NCBI GenBank assembly: GCA_013265495.1 | Contig: MU058037.1 | Location: forward strand, 1,861,498 to 1,925,497 | From: Vicugna vicugna | Taxonomy: Eukaryota | Reading direction: 5' to 3' | Length of the DNA: 64,000 nt | Shown here: positions 63,995 through 64,000 of the stretch, in pieces | Numbering within the stretch: the stretch's first letter is position 1 | Layout of the letters: every line of letters starts with the position of its first letter | Made by a program: the position numbers and the translations under genes | The notes under the pieces: generated by a model | The model's database searches: none | What the model saw: the letters and a program-made list of their open reading frames with translations, nothing else | What the model was told of the DNA's origin: nothing

Positions 63995-64000
63995 GCAAGT

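Noticed and set aside
1..64000. CRISPR array, operon or other prokaryote-type system
   Set aside because: Mammalian repeat landscape; no regularly spaced repeats and no long ORFs.

Overview
Mammalian, repeat-rich, AT-rich non-coding DNA, very probably camelid (camel/alpaca/llama). That assignment rests on two full-length tRNA-derived SINEs of the camelid Vic-1 type and on young L1 3' ends. I find no intact protein-coding gene: the listed ORFs are L1/LTR fragments, noise, or part of one decayed processed pseudogene of ribosomal protein RPS15 (minus strand, ~20552-21053), which sits inside an L1 with a perfect 15-bp target-site duplication (TSD). The rest is a mix of L1, L2, MIR, MaLR/ERVL LTRs and hAT/TcMar DNA transposon fossils, several of them nested. 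The most unusual structure is a ~70-bp composite templated insertion at 6227-6331: a perfect 22-bp fold-back, then an exact 36-bp copy of sequence 831 bp downstream, then a second fold-back, resembling a polymerase-theta/template-switch repair scar. Also present are a twin-primed inverted L1, a 40-bp 'tail-only' SINE insertion and a few candidate enhancer or non-coding-exon segments. I see no convincing evidence of a new multi-gene system. Repeat family names come from my recall of consensus sequences, not from a database search, and boundaries without a TSD are approximate.
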